Positions 13,431 through 26,183 of a stretch of DNA of 55,808 bases are shown here, in pieces; the stretch's first letter is position 1, and every line of letters starts with the position of its first letter. A model generated the notes under the pieces. The model saw only the letters and a program-made list of their open reading frames with translations, did not search any database and was not told the DNA's origin. The translations under genes and the position numbers were made by a program. Origin of the DNA: Hydrolagus affinis (taxonomy: Eukaryota); the NCBI GenBank assembly GCA_012026655.1, contig JAAILG010002313.1, positions 1 to 55,808 of the forward strand. The letters run 5' to 3'.

Positions 13431-14442
13431 ACATGTTTTGATGCTAATTCTTGCTACTCAGGGATGCCAATGCACAGGAATTTCCATTTAGGTGGGCTGC
13501 ACGTAACTCTCAGTTTGCTTTGGATCCCCTTAAGCAGGTGATGGGTTTCACATGTGTCAGATACCTTGCTGATTTACAAAACGGATTAGCACACCTTGCA
13601 TCACTGAAGACTGAAACAACTTTGTACTTTATAATTTACAAAGTGGATCTACATGAGACTGAGGATTAAATTATAGAGCAAGTTAGAAGCAGCAGCCACA
13701 AACACGGACAGTTTGATTGTTGATAACATAATGAATCACCCCCAATGAAGTATAGGACTTGTGGTAAACCACGCCAAATTACAGTCCTAATTTCAATCAA
13801 GTCTAAGACATCTATTCACATGCAATAGGACCTTGACTTTAAGCACTACCTGGGGTCTTGTGACCTTTCATCAATGAATATAGATGAGTGAAGTGTTGCC
13901 TTAACTGACAGTTCCACGTACTGTACTTTGACATCATTGTAATCTCCTCTCTGCATTGCTTAAGACCTGTATCCATGTGGCATTGTAACTGATAGTTGTA
14001 CAGGTCTAAATGCTGCAAGGCCAGGCAGTACATCCATCTAACTCTAACCTCAAATGGTTGTGGCAATATTCCAATGGATAGTGACGGTATGGAGAAGTAA
14101 ACACAGCTGATGGGTCTAAAGTTATTTGGTTCATTGACTTCAATCTGAAAAGCTATTCCCTGCTTTGACTCTTATTTTTATTTCAAATCAAATTTGATCC
14201 AAACTCTTGCCACCCTGTAATTGGTTTCAACAAGATAAATGAATATATTGTAACGGGTCTCCATGACACTTAATAAAATGCCAATATGTCAATGAAATGA
14301 TGGCTGGAAGCAAATGAGATAGTTTATGAATCATTCCTTGAATCATACTACATTCAGTATGTGTTACTTTGTACAGAAATCATTTGTTGGTAAAATTCTG
14401 GCTTCTTTATAAAACAAAAGGCTGCAGTATGTAGGTTGTTTT

Positions 14443-14566
14443 AATAATAATAATACTAATAATCCTTGCATTTTGATATAGCACTTTTCATGTCTTCAAG
14501 ACGTCTCAAAACGCTTCACAAAATATACTGTAAAGTGAATTGACTGTATATTTATGGGTGAAATGT
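14443..14566 (-). mobile_element. SINE 3' tail fragment
   Basis: aataatccttgcattttgatatagcacttttcatgtcttcaagacgtctcaaaacgcttcaca...gtgaattgactgtatattt. Confidence 0.9.
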
Positions 14567-15007
14567 GTACAATGTTTGACAGTGAGCATTGTAGCCAATG
14601 CAAAACTTCCACACTCAATTTGCAGGTCTGAGATGAAATTCAATGGGTTTTATTTCTTGCTTGTCACAAGGGAAGAGTATGCCATATGTTTATTACAATC
14701 TATAATTTTGCTTCTGGGTTGTAAATCATTTTCTTACAGTCCTGTAAATTCTGTTGCTGACAGTGATGATGTCTCAATAGTCTCTTTCAACACTCTGTAT
14801 CATTTCCGAGCTGCCTTAAACTTGGTGGCGTTATTTTCATGAGTTCAGTGATTCTAAAGAGAATGGACAGTAGTGACCAGGAATTATGCTCCCAACTTTC
14901 AGCTACTCTGTTTCCTCTCTCTAAAATCACTCTACTTCAGTCCCTCCTATTTTGATTTCAAAACCCTTATGAACATTTCTCACTTTCACTTCCCTCCTAG
15001 GATCAGG

Positions 15008-15126
15008 ATAATAAATAAGAATCCTTGTATTTTGATATGGTGCTTTATCACGTCTTTGAGACGTCTCAAAGAGCTTCGCAGAATACACTGCAAAGTAAAT
15101 TGACTGTATATTTTGTGGGCCAAATG
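15008..15126 (-). mobile_element. SINE 3' tail fragment
   Basis: aatccttgtattttgatatggtgctttatcacgtctttgagacgtctcaaagagcttc...aattgactgtatatttt. Confidence 0.9.
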
Positions 15127-15254
15127 TGGTGGAGAGAAAGGAATAACAAAATCTGAGGATATGCTTGTACAGTCGTCTACCACCCTAAGTGTCAGCAGTC
15201 TGATTATTGCATCCCAACTCAGTTAATTGCACATATTTTCATTGCATTGAGAGT

Positions 15255-15490
15255 AGATAAATAAAGGAATAGCCTTCAAGTGAATTATGGAATCTCCAAT
15301 TCCCCTATTAGCAATTGAGGAAGGGCATGTACAGAAACATCTACTCTTACTGTCAGCACGAATGGGAGCTAAGCATTGTCTGGCTTCCTCTTTGAGACGA
15401 AGGTTTGCAGATTTCTTGCTGGAGTATAAAACCTCCACTCACACCCAATCATACAGCATTCTTGGAAGAACAGTGACTAATTTTCACTAC
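15255..15490 (+). mobile_element. Possible Gypsy/Ty3 integrase C-terminal remnant
   Basis: Translation EGHVQ...SLRRRFADFLLEYKTSTH...ILGR resembles the recalled ER.VQ...L.RFLL.YR.TPH...L.GR motif; upstream frame has a stop. Confidence 0.4.
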
Positions 15491-17129
15491 CTACGACTCA
15501 ACAATGAAGCATCAGCTATTGCCCCCTACTTTATTCAGTCCTAGTGAAATGACAAAATGTATTAATCCTACAGTTACTGATCCTCCTAGACTAATATATT
15601 CCACCCTTATTGCTAAAGCTCTGCCAAAGTTACGGTGCTTTGCAAACAGGACTCACAGATATTTCATTTTGGGAGCTTGACTTTGAGTTATGCTTCACGC
15701 TAGAAAAATTAACATAGCAATTTCCACACATAATAAAGGGGGGAAGCTAGTGTATTATTCTTCCTTTATAAAATGCACTAAAGTAACATTTTGCATTTCT
15801 GTTAATGGCTCACATTCATTTTACAAAAGGCATTTCGCTGAATAATAATGGACCTTTCTTTAGTTAAATTTCAGTAGCTAATTGACAACTCCTATTTTCT
15901 TTCTCCTATTGGACTTGCTTCATACTTGACTGTTCTGAGGAACAGGATGGGCTAACCAAATTTTTGTTTATTATGAGCAGAACATTAAATTAGAAGTTGA
16001 AGTCCGGTTGCTGAGTAGTTAATGGTAATTGAAGCATTGTACTAGAGATAAGCTCTTTGTGTAAGAGACGGGAAGGATCACTGAAAGATAGCTTGTATTG
16101 TAAATTGGATTGCACTTTTTAATTATACATATGGTCATAAAGGGGAGCGATATTAGTGCTTTAGGGAAGCTTGAGACCACTATCAACTTTTCTCTCCAGT
16201 AATGGATAGTGAAGGAAATGGGTATACATGTAAAACAGCCAACAATGCAGGTCAAAGGTTTTGTGTGACATTAAAAGTATTGTTGGATTTTGCTTATGCC
16301 ACAAGCAAGAAAGAAAAGGAACATGCTTGTTTTCCCTTTATACTTCAGTCCTGTATTCATAGAAGGATATCTTCATATAGCTATTGTATGATTAAGAAGA
16401 ATATGATTCTTTAGTGTTGATCATAATTGTGTTTCCCTCCTCCGTGTTTGCACTCCAGAACTCCATTTCCCATCAAATGTCCAGATCCTTACATCACATT
16501 CTGCTAATGTTCTATTAGATATACAGATGGTAGAAAGGAGTACTATATAAAGTCCAGACATTCAGGTTAGACGTACAGTATATTGCAATATGAACAACTA
16601 GTAGGCCAAGTCTGAGAATTATTTCAGGAGGCTTGCCTAACCAGATGACCTGGTAGGTGCCCATTTTTTCATGCTTTGTTTAATAAAAGGATTTTTTGGA
16701 CCCAAACAAATGCGTTATAACTAGGTTGTCCTGCTAACGCCATCTTTTGGCCAGATAAAACACAGATCTTATACTTAAACTATTCAGTTTGGATCAGTTT
16801 CTTTTCTGTTTGGAAGACAAAGCAAATGCTTCCAGCAATGAAATAGTTCAGGTGCTCTAGTGCTAACTTATCACAGACCAGTAAACTTTCTGTCCTATAT
16901 GATTAAAATACTCATAAATCGACCACGAGACAACTAAACTCCCAACTAGTGACCTTTGCTAAGAACTTACTTCAGACCAGCTTGCTTAAGTGCCAAGAAG
17001 TCTAGTATCATGCCCTGGTTTGCAGAGCAGTGATGGTAATACCTGTGCTCCCCTTCTTACCAGCTGCAGTAGATCTACAGTACCTTCCTCCTTAAATGTG
17101 TTGAGATGAGACTGAATACAGTACTATAT

Positions 17130-17256
17130 CATTAATCTCCATTGAAACCCATTTAAGAACCAGCTTGATGCTCTAATGGGAAGATGATAGGGTGGATATT
17201 CTGGAAAGTTGAGATCAAATGGGCCGAAGTGTTTTCTTCATCATTATTAAGTTGTG
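17130..17256 (+). mobile_element. CR1 3' end fragment
   Basis: catttaagaaccagcttgatg (FK..LD) then gagatcaaatgggccgaagtgttttcttcatc, similar to 2530-2625. Confidence 0.6.
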
Positions 17257-18654
17257 AAACAAATTGAAATGGAGATAGAGAGAGCTATCTATGAATGTGG
17301 ATATTAGCATTTATCTGCTAGTTTGTTGTTTCTAAAAGAACATTAGGGTTGAGGCACAAAATAGGGAAACAATAAACACTCATTCTTTTCCATTCCTTTT
17401 TTCATGCAATATTTCATTCCGCTGTCCTGTCAGAAGAGGAGGTACACTATTTAGATTTCTCTCAGTAATATCTGGGAAATTTGATTTGCATGTTTATCAC
17501 AACCTAAAGGCCACCACTGTGTACAAATAGGAAATAATCAGATTTAACAAATTCTGGATAACTTGGTTTTCCAGTGCAAATGAGAGAAACATTTGGCCTT
17601 TAAACTCTGTTAAAAACGTAGGTTATCTGATTAAATGTGCACTTAACTAATGGGAGCAACTGTAATGCTAAGCACAGGTCAAAGGTAGGGCAGGCACTTG
17701 TCCCTCTAAAAATCTGTTTAACATTGCAGAATGAGAATTTCTCCATGTTTTGAATGTACAGCTGTATCCAGTAAGAGAAAGACTCAAATTGTTTCCAGGG
17801 TTGTCAGCGCTGTAAATGGGATTGATGTATGATTGGGAAGAATATGCTCCATATTTAGAATTTATATAAAGAGCTTCCTTGGGTCTAACTGAATTTCACT
17901 AGGTTTGGAAGATTAGGTGCCGGAGTTCAAGTGTGAAGAAGGTAAATTATGCAATATCCCCTGGAGGTTGTGAATTTTTTCTGAGTTTAGTTTATGTGAT
18001 GAGTACTGTTTAATGTCATTTCCTACAAAGATATTCCTAATAAGTTTAAAGCAGGACAAGATATTCCAGCTAGATGATTGCACATAGTGATGTTTTAGAT
18101 TGTAACTAATAGCAATGAATTTCATTACAGTGCAGTATCTTAAAGACTATTTAAATGCCTATAAATATTATAAAATCTAGATTAAAATGTCTTGGATGCA
18201 GTAAAATATATAATATATACCAGAACATTACAGCCCAATAAAGCAGAGTGTATTATTTTTGAGTAGAGCACTATATTGCCAATACCTGGCAATGTTGCAC
18301 CCTTGTTTACCCTTGTTGGCTTCTTGTTCAATTTTATTATTGCATCTCAATATAGCACAAAAGTTTGGCGGCTATCCTGATTTCAGAAGTTAAAAAAACA
18401 TTACTGGTGATAATGGAAGATTTTTTGATGTCTGACGTATTCAAGGTCACAATCAAACATAAGTTATGGTTAAAAAATTGGTGTAGCCTTAACCTGTAAA
18501 GGAACATTTCAAATAGCTTGATACTATTTTACAATCTTGCTCTTTAAATGTAGAGAAGGTTGGTCTCTTTACTTCGCACATTACACCATTATCCTTTACA
18601 CTTCCTGTATTTTTCCTTGAGAAGCATAATATAAATGTTTTTCCACAAAAACTC

Positions 18655-18735
18655 AGTTACTTCACTTTAATGGAGTGCTTTAAGACATCCTCCCAATGTG
18701 AAAAGTGTGATAACAAATGTGTGGAATATTATTTT
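18655..18735 (+). mobile_element. SINE/L2-type tail remnant
   Basis: gtgctttaagacatcctcccaatgtgaaaagtg...aaatgt. Confidence 0.55.
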
Positions 18736-19267
18736 TAATAATAACAAACACTTTTTATTGTAAAAGAATCTGATGGATCATGAAAGAAGCGTTGTAAAAA
18801 CAAAGCACCAGTACCTTCTTAACCCCTCTTAATATATGTGCTCTCATAATGAAGTAAGGAAAATAATCTTGTTGCATTTTTGCACCCAAATCAATATTTG
18901 TGTGCAACTTAAGAAGTAAACCATATGTCTGTAAGTTCATGGGGGAAGGGTTAAAGCTACAGCCCCATTAATTATGCTTCTGTGTTCATTTCAGTGTGAA
19001 ATTTACACCTTTCTGTATTGGGGCTTTTTATTTGGGGTATTTTTATATATTTTTAGAAATACATTTTTATAAAAAATATATTATAACAACATGAATTGTT
19101 TTTATTTGGCAGGGGTTTTGTGTCGAAACATTTCCTGCTCATAGAAACCAACCGTACTGTTCCATACATATATATATATTCAGAGGGTCAATATGTAGTA
19201 GAGATCAGGATCTGGAATCCTGATGGATTCTTACTGCTGCCCACCCTCATAATCCACCTTACATCTC

Positions 19268-19334
19268 AACAACAACAATAACTTCGATTTATATAGCGCC
19301 CTCCACGCTGGGCGGCGTCTCAGAGCGCTTCACA
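19268..19334 (-). mobile_element. 3' end of a third L2-type retroposon (distinct tail variant)
   Basis: Reverse complement tgtgaagcgctctgagacgccgcccagcgtggagggcgctatataaatcgaagttattgttgttgttg; CpGs intact. Confidence 0.8.
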
Positions 19335-21432
19335 ATACAGTACAAAACCATACAATTATCTTAGACATACAGCACAAGTAGATACACATCTAAGATGATT
19401 ATAGGCACTGTCAAGTACTAATGGATGGTAAGGCTTTCTGATCCTCGTATCTTAAAATTGCTCTTGCCTTTCTGAAATGTGGGTGGGAAACATTGTACCT
19501 GTATAACACACAGTGCAGCTGAGACACCAAATATTTGCCTATGGATATGGATGGTTGAATTTCCGCAGGTCAGTTGTTGATTCCTGATGAATGACCCAGT
19601 GGTGCTTTGTCCTGTTGATAAAACTGGGGAAGTTACTCATTATCCATCAATGTCATCCTCCACCTTAATCAGCAGTAGGAAATGCACTCACTCAGTTCAC
19701 TTAGGCAGTGATCTCCATTTCTGATCTTTTTGTGTACTTATATCATGATGGGTGGGAGGAGGGAAGTGGGCAATCTCTGTCTTTAAGATGCATTAAGTTA
19801 CCACTGGGATTTGGAAATAATGGACTTTAAAAGCAAATCTCTGCTTAATCCAGGTTTACTGAAGTTGCACTAAATCACCTGAGAGACTGCACTGTAGTGG
19901 CTGCTATAGGCAGGTGGGCTGTTTGCCTCTTCTATTCTCTAATCTACTGTAGTTATGGGAAAGCTCTCTTTATAATGGCAATTGATTTAGGGAAGAACCA
20001 AAATTGGGCTTTAAATTCATGTTTATTCTTTCCCCTTTCTCGGAACAATGTAAACCTGATACTGAGTAAAACTTTCACATTGTTATTCAGCTTCAATGAA
20101 TAAGATGGATTTGAGCTGTTTAGATTTCATGAAAAATATTTTCCTTATCCTGTGTAAAGACTATAATCAATATCATATGGAAATTGAATGTTTATGCATG
20201 AGCCATCCTCTACTTGTGCAAATGATGCAGCTATTAAAGAATAATACCTCCTTGTATTGGCAACACAGTTGGGTATGATCTTTAAGTGCTGTTTTCTCTG
20301 TTATGATGCGTAAGCAAATTGTCCTACACCAGAATTAACACTGATACATACATACCCCTTACAATACCACAGCAAATTGCTGGCTTAATTTTCCATCTAA
20401 TTCATTGCAAATGAAGCATGTAGTTTGCAAAACTTTCTTTTATGTTATCACCTATACAATTGATATTTGATTAAGTCCCTGCACTTGACTTTAATTATAG
20501 AAAGCTAGTGAAAATTAAGCATTGTCAAGGATTTGCTTAAGTGTTTCGAAAAATCTAAACCATTTTACTGATCATACTTCTAAAAATGCTGTGACTGCAC
20601 TAATGACTGTTTCATAACTGCAAACCATCATGTGTATGCTTACTCATGAACTAATGCCCATATTGGACAGAATATGTTACTGTTTATGCAAGCAGATTCT
20701 ACAGAAAGGTAAGGCTATAATTTTCCTGTATCTTTTTGCATTCCTCTGTTTGATTTTGAGTAAATTGGGTGGACAAAATAAACAAAAAATGCTGAAGGGC
20801 AGTTGGAGACTTTCAGATTCCACTATCAGAAAAAAAGACTATTTATTGACTGTACTTGTACTTAATACAGGTACTTGTTTTCCCACAGACATCTGTAGCT
20901 TTTTACAAGCCCATGTTCAAATAGCAACTTGTCAATAAAGAAATCTTAGAATCGGGTTTAATGTACTGGAAGAGATGCATTACATCTTTTGGTTTGGAAT
21001 AAAAGGTGGACAGAAGTTATTTTAAGTGTTACACAATAGAGCAGAGTTACTGCTATATGACTATTTCTGGTCAGTAATGTGTGGATTTGAGCTCAGTCAC
21101 TGTAAATGCAATTTCTTTGCAAGTACAATTTGCAACATCACAATGATGACAGTACTTGAAAGCCATGCTTATTTTGTAAATCCTTCCTGTGTAACGCAAT
21201 CTTCCCTGAGACTCATGTTTACAGCCTGACTGAGTCTGAACATCTATGGTTGAAGTTTGAATTTATGTGTCTTTGTTCTGTTGTTTTACACATTGAGGCT
21301 AAAAGAAACTGCTCTATTCTAAACATAAGGGTAAATCTCCATTCAGTGGTAAGTTTCCAACAACATTAACATTAGCAGCAACAGCTTGCATTTATAATTA
21401 AGTTTAGATGACTTTAAATTGTTTTGGGAGTC

Positions 21433-21800
21433 TAGCTGAGTGCTTGACACATGTAGAAACCCATTGCCCTGCTTAAGAATATCCAAACCAAATTCCAAGC
21501 ATCCCACCTATACATTATTATTCTCGAAATTTCAGAGGTAGGTTGTTGGAATGGAATGCGCACTCACTCCCTGTATGGAGGCATCCTGCTTCCTAATGCT
21601 GGAAATTAGGCACAAGTTGGTAAGAGCGAAGGCTTGGGGATCCCAGAGTGTGAGTCAAAATACTGCCTGAGTCTGACCAGTGAAAACCGCATAGCTTGCC
21701 ATTGCTTACAGGTGTCTGGCAAGCTTTCCCGTTGCTTGTCCAGCTAGGAACACCCGATCCATTAGAGCTTTGGCTTACAGGATAAACAGATGCTGAGTTG
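21433..21800. repeat. Unidentified dispersed structured repeat, copy A
   Basis: Collinear with 51972-52350; identical 22-nt (tgcttaagaatatccaaaccaa) and 23-nt (aaaaccgcatagcttgccattgc) blocks. Confidence 0.9.
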
Positions 21801-22258
21801 CATAATACCCAGCCCCCAGTTAGTGGTCTGCCTTTCCAGGTCTTGCTGATGAGCCAGGTTGGCTGTGTTGTCATCCGCAGTGCCCTGGAATTCTGTGGGC
21901 CTGCCTGGCTCAGAAACTGGATTTCCGAGACCGCCACAGTGGCCTAGCTTGATTCCGATATTCAATTGCCACGCAAGTTACCTTGGAGCCAGTTCAGCTC
22001 CATGGAGACTCTGTGGATTACTGTGATTTCTCTTCATAAATGCAGATCTTAAAGTTTGTTGCATTTTCTCATATTTTGGGATTCATAACAATTTTCATTT
22101 CTCAGTGGTTTGGAAATGCTGCTCTTAATAAAGGCATTTGCTACAATTTGATTTGCACACAGCTGTGGTTTCTCTCAGATTCAATTTCCCGATATCCTCT
22201 TAGTAGCCATCCTGTATTTTCCCAGACAGAATCATGGTAAAGTTTTAAAAAATATATA

Positions 22259-22431
22259 CAGGTATCCCTCCCCAACCACGGAGCATACGTTCCTGTAAAC
22301 CACCATGGTTGGTAAAACCGCGGTTGGAAAATACAGGGCCCTATGGGAAACATGGGGATAGGGGGAGGAAGTTTGGTTGCCAGGATCTGCAGCAATCCGC
22401 TAGGCTGTCTGACTGACTGATCTACACACAG

Positions 22432-22462
<31 letters not shown>

Positions 22463-22991
22463 AATCATGGTGTGTGACACAGAGGGTGGTGTGGTGGGTG
22501 GGGGATGTGCAGAAGGTGGTGTGGTGGGTGACATGGAGGGTGGGGAGTGGTGTGCAAAAGGTGGTGTGGTGAGTGACACAGAGGGTGGGGGGAGGTGTGC
22601 AGAAGGTGGTATGGTGGGTGACACGGAGGGTTGGGGGGTGGTGCAGAAGGTGGTGTGTTGACATGGGGATAGGGGGAGTAAGTTTGGGAGCATTAGCTGC
22701 CTGGATCTACAGACGTAGAGAGACACAGACACAGAGAGAGAGAGGAATCAACAGAGATTTCCCTTAATCCTAAGAGAGAAGCGACATCTCGCTGATTGAT
22801 TGCGACATCGCAAGCAGGTCCTAGCGCCAGACACTAGAGCGAAACTGGTTGATGCAACTGGGACCTAGCGCCAAATGCAATGATGGTTTAAGTAATAACC
22901 ATTGTGTGGTTAGCAAGGGTTGTTGCATTTAGAAAACCGTGGGTAAGTCAGTTTAGCGGTTGACGAGGCCGTGGTTGGGGCAGGGTACCTG
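22259..22991. mobile_element. Non-autonomous Tc1/mariner-superfamily (Tigger/pogo-like) MITE, complete
   Basis: ~23-bp TIRs CAGGTATCCCTCCCCAACCACGG and CCGTGGTTGGGGCAGGGTACCTG; TA on both sides (22257-22258, 22992-22993); no transposase ORF. Confidence 0.88.
22438..22660. repeat. (GA)n followed by a G-rich ~40-bp minisatellite inside the MITE
   Basis: About 4-5 imperfect units of ggtggtgtggtgggtgacacagagggtggggaggtgtgcagaa. Confidence 0.9.
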
Positions 22992-25107
22992 TATACAGTT
23001 CTTCCCCCATTCAATGCAGCTTATTTACATGCAACATAGTCTTATTTTGAAAATGGATGCAATTGAATATTTCCAGTTATATGTCAGAACTGCATTGTTT
23101 CTTTTTCTCAAATGGATTTGCTCAAATTCTTTTATTTGCATAAATTAAGATTCTTGTGTCTGATTTCCAATCGATATTAGTTTCAAACATGCTAATTTCT
23201 ATATGTTTATGATATATAACAACAGGACTCTGAACTAGTGTGTATGCGAATATAGGAGATTGTTCCTATTCTCAGGCACGTCACAACTTCCTCGTTACTG
23301 GAATCCAAACGAGAATATGAATCTATCACTTTTGTTTCAGACATTGATTGGATTTTCTCATTGCTTGCACTGAATTAGAAGATCATTCTTCCTTATTGCT
23401 GAGACTTATCCTCAATCTGTTTCTTTCAGGGATGCTTTATGATACTGGGGTGATGATTTGTTTTGATGGATGCCCATCTCGCCAAAGCAGGCGACAGTAC
23501 TCGCCTTTAGTCTCATAAATTGCCCATGACAATTTTGTTTCTTGCTGAAGCACTTCAGTGCCTCTGTATCTTGCTATGGATTTGTCAAAATAATTTTCAT
23601 ATCTTGAACAGATTCATTACAAACACTCTCACTTCTTATGCACATTCTTCACAGTGTTTTATTTCATACTGTCTATTCAGGTGTCCGTCTGCCCAGATAC
23701 AGTTGTGTTTCTCTAAAGATGAAATTAAAAGAAAACAATAAAATAGCAGCCATGGTTGAGTTCAAACAAATAATAGCTGTCATTCTAATCAGTGAGAAGT
23801 AATTGTTTTCATGGTCAAAATAATTTCTTTGAAAATTGTGCTAATATTGCAGATGTGTGTATTGCATATCAAAGCATTATCTGTTAGTGTGTCCATTGTT
23901 AAGATGGATTTCTTATGGCAGGGTCATTGGCTAATGCAATAAACTTATAGCGTTCTTAATCTACCATCAATATGGCGTTTTTAAATTAAATTATAGCCAT
24001 ATGTTTCTACAATTCGAGATAATGGATCTGCAAATACTTTCTGTTTGTCAATGAGAGCATTTTGATTTCCAGGAGAAATTGAATCTTTCATAAATTAGAA
24101 GAAGGCATTAACCTTTTACAGCACTGGTTACATTTATCACTTCTTTCAGAACATTTTTCACAAAATATATTTCTCAAACACAATATTAATCATTTTAACT
24201 ATTTGTTTTTTTCCCTCCCCAAATCTTTAGTTTCTTCATCATTTTCTCTATGCCATTTGCTAGACGAGGAGATGGACAAAATGGTCGTAATCCCAAGTCT
24301 CTTCAGTACCAGGTTGTAATTGTCATTTGGAGATATTGCTGTGTGGAGAATTGGAAACGTCCCAACAGTGCTGTAAAACTTTGGGATTGTGAGCAATGTT
24401 ACATTGTTTGGCAATTTATGGAGCTTTTGTTCGGTGTCAAATCCAGGTGAGAACCGACCTTCGTAATAATAATAATGGATGAGGAGATTGGAAATGTGTT
24501 AACATTCCAAAGTGGTGAAATCCCATGTCTTGAGGAATCCAAAAATATTTGGGTTAGATTGACATCTGGGTTTCATAAGTGAAAATGAGGACATTATATT
24601 ATACTAGCCCTAGTCTGCTCTCAAAAATGAGTTTATAATTCCTATCTATCATTTATTTATGTAAGTGCTGAATGCGGGTTAGAGGTGCACAAAAATTGTT
24701 GGACGTACAGTATCGGTCTCCGCTGGTGACCATTAACGTTTTACTTCCTAAGAATGATAACACTGTTGTCGGGTGGTTTACATCACAACTCAAGAGCAGT
24801 GTCCCAACCTCATTTTCCACCTAGTCGCACCCGAAAGGCTTTCATCCCAGTAGTGAAAAGATAAATATTTTAGCATATTATATTAATAATTGAACTTCAT
24901 TCATAAAGCTCCAGGGTCCTTGTTCTGCAGTGTCCAAACCCAGCTCCACGAGGTGAAATGAGAGTTTGTAATACATTATATTTTTTTATTAGGAATGCCA
25001 GATGAAGAACCAAGACGTATAACTCAGGACTTCACCAAGAATGAAAGGAATAAGAGAGCACGAGACAAAAAACGGACCTTTCGCGCATAGTCTGTGCATT
25101 TCAATGC

Positions 25108-25150
25108 CATTATAGTGACTTTCACGTTGGGAGGATGTCTCTGAACGTTG
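25108..25150 (-). mobile_element. L2 3' tail remnant
   Basis: tatagtgactttcacgttgggaggatgtc is nearly identical to 4275-4300. Confidence 0.6.
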
Positions 25151-25707
25151 GTGTACCATTGGCTGGGCACCAGACTGTCCTGGGTAGGAGAGGGTTAAGT
25201 GTACAAGAACGTTGTATACGATGACCTTTTCCTTCCAAGTCATTTTATAAACTGGAAGAAACATGGATGTGAATAGGGAGTGGTTGACTTATTTTATGCA
25301 GTCTCCTTTGTTCCCTCTCCTCAACCTCAGGCTATGATTAACCACTAACTTCCAACAATTTTCAATTTGCTTGTTGTGTCTGGATTCTTTGTGCTGGATC
25401 ACACTTTAATTTTCTGCGACTCTTATGTTTTGTAAAGACGATAGACATTTGAATGTACCTGAATATCTGGGTAAATTGATTCAATATTTTAGCTGCCTAA
25501 GGGTTTTTGTTTCCTTGAGGAAAGAGTTGCATTTTGTGATCGCTTTAATTTGATTTGTGAACTCGAGCAAACAAAACCACAAAAAACTAATTATAAATCT
25601 CACTCTGTGTTAATGCTTTATTTCATACATGTCTTTTTGATTTCTATTGAAATAAAAACAAAACATTTGCAATTAATGAGTGAAATATAAGAGGTGGGGG
25701 TGGGGTA

Positions 25708-25763
25708 TTGAGACGTCTAGAAGACGTGAAAAGCGCTATATCAAATGCAAGGATTATTATTAT
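25708..25763 (+). mobile_element. SINE extreme 3' end, little diverged
   Basis: ttgagacgtctagaagacgtgaaaagcgctatatcaaatgcaaggattattattatt. Confidence 0.92.
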
Positions 25764-26131
25764 TGGAGCACTGGAATGTTATGCCAATGATAAGTGGGAC
25801 TTAGCTTTGTGTCTGTGATACCTCATAGAAAGCGAGTTATCAGACAGTGATTTATCTGTCTCCATTCCACTGCTATGGAAAGCCAGGGAAACTGGGGGGA
25901 AAGGGGGGGTGGGGGGGAGGTGTGAGAAACAAATTCCACGTGGCCCTAGGTTTACAGTTAACATTTCAGAGTATGAGAAATTGCAGTGTTATAAACGTGA
26001 GGCTATTTCTCTGTATATTCTTTTAAGAACCACAGAAACCCAGCTGCAAATTGCACCAGAAGGGTTGAACTCTAATCTATTGACTGCACAAAAGTTAATT
26101 TATTTTAAAGAATTCTTTTAGTAGATGCTTT

Positions 26132-26183
26132 GTGGCTAGTTTTACGCTGTGGAAAAGTGGCTAATTTTATGCTGTGGAAAGTG
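26132..26183. repeat. 25-bp tandem duplication
   Basis: gtggctagttttacgctgtggaaaa followed by gtggctaattttatgctgtggaaa. Confidence 0.9.

Noticed and set aside
16000-16420. Gypsy RNase H remnant on the minus strand
   Set aside because: Only vague similarity with many stops; not supportable by eye
22467-22660. CRISPR-like array
   Set aside because: Contiguous degenerate tandem units with no unique spacers, no cas genes, eukaryotic context
22400-22767. Pro/Thr/His-rich or Gly/Val-rich ORFs
   Set aside because: Translations of the minisatellite inside the MITE
24797-24945. hAT-like termini (cagtgtcccaacc, cagtgtccaaacc)
   Set aside because: Both are in direct orientation, with no inverted partner or TSD
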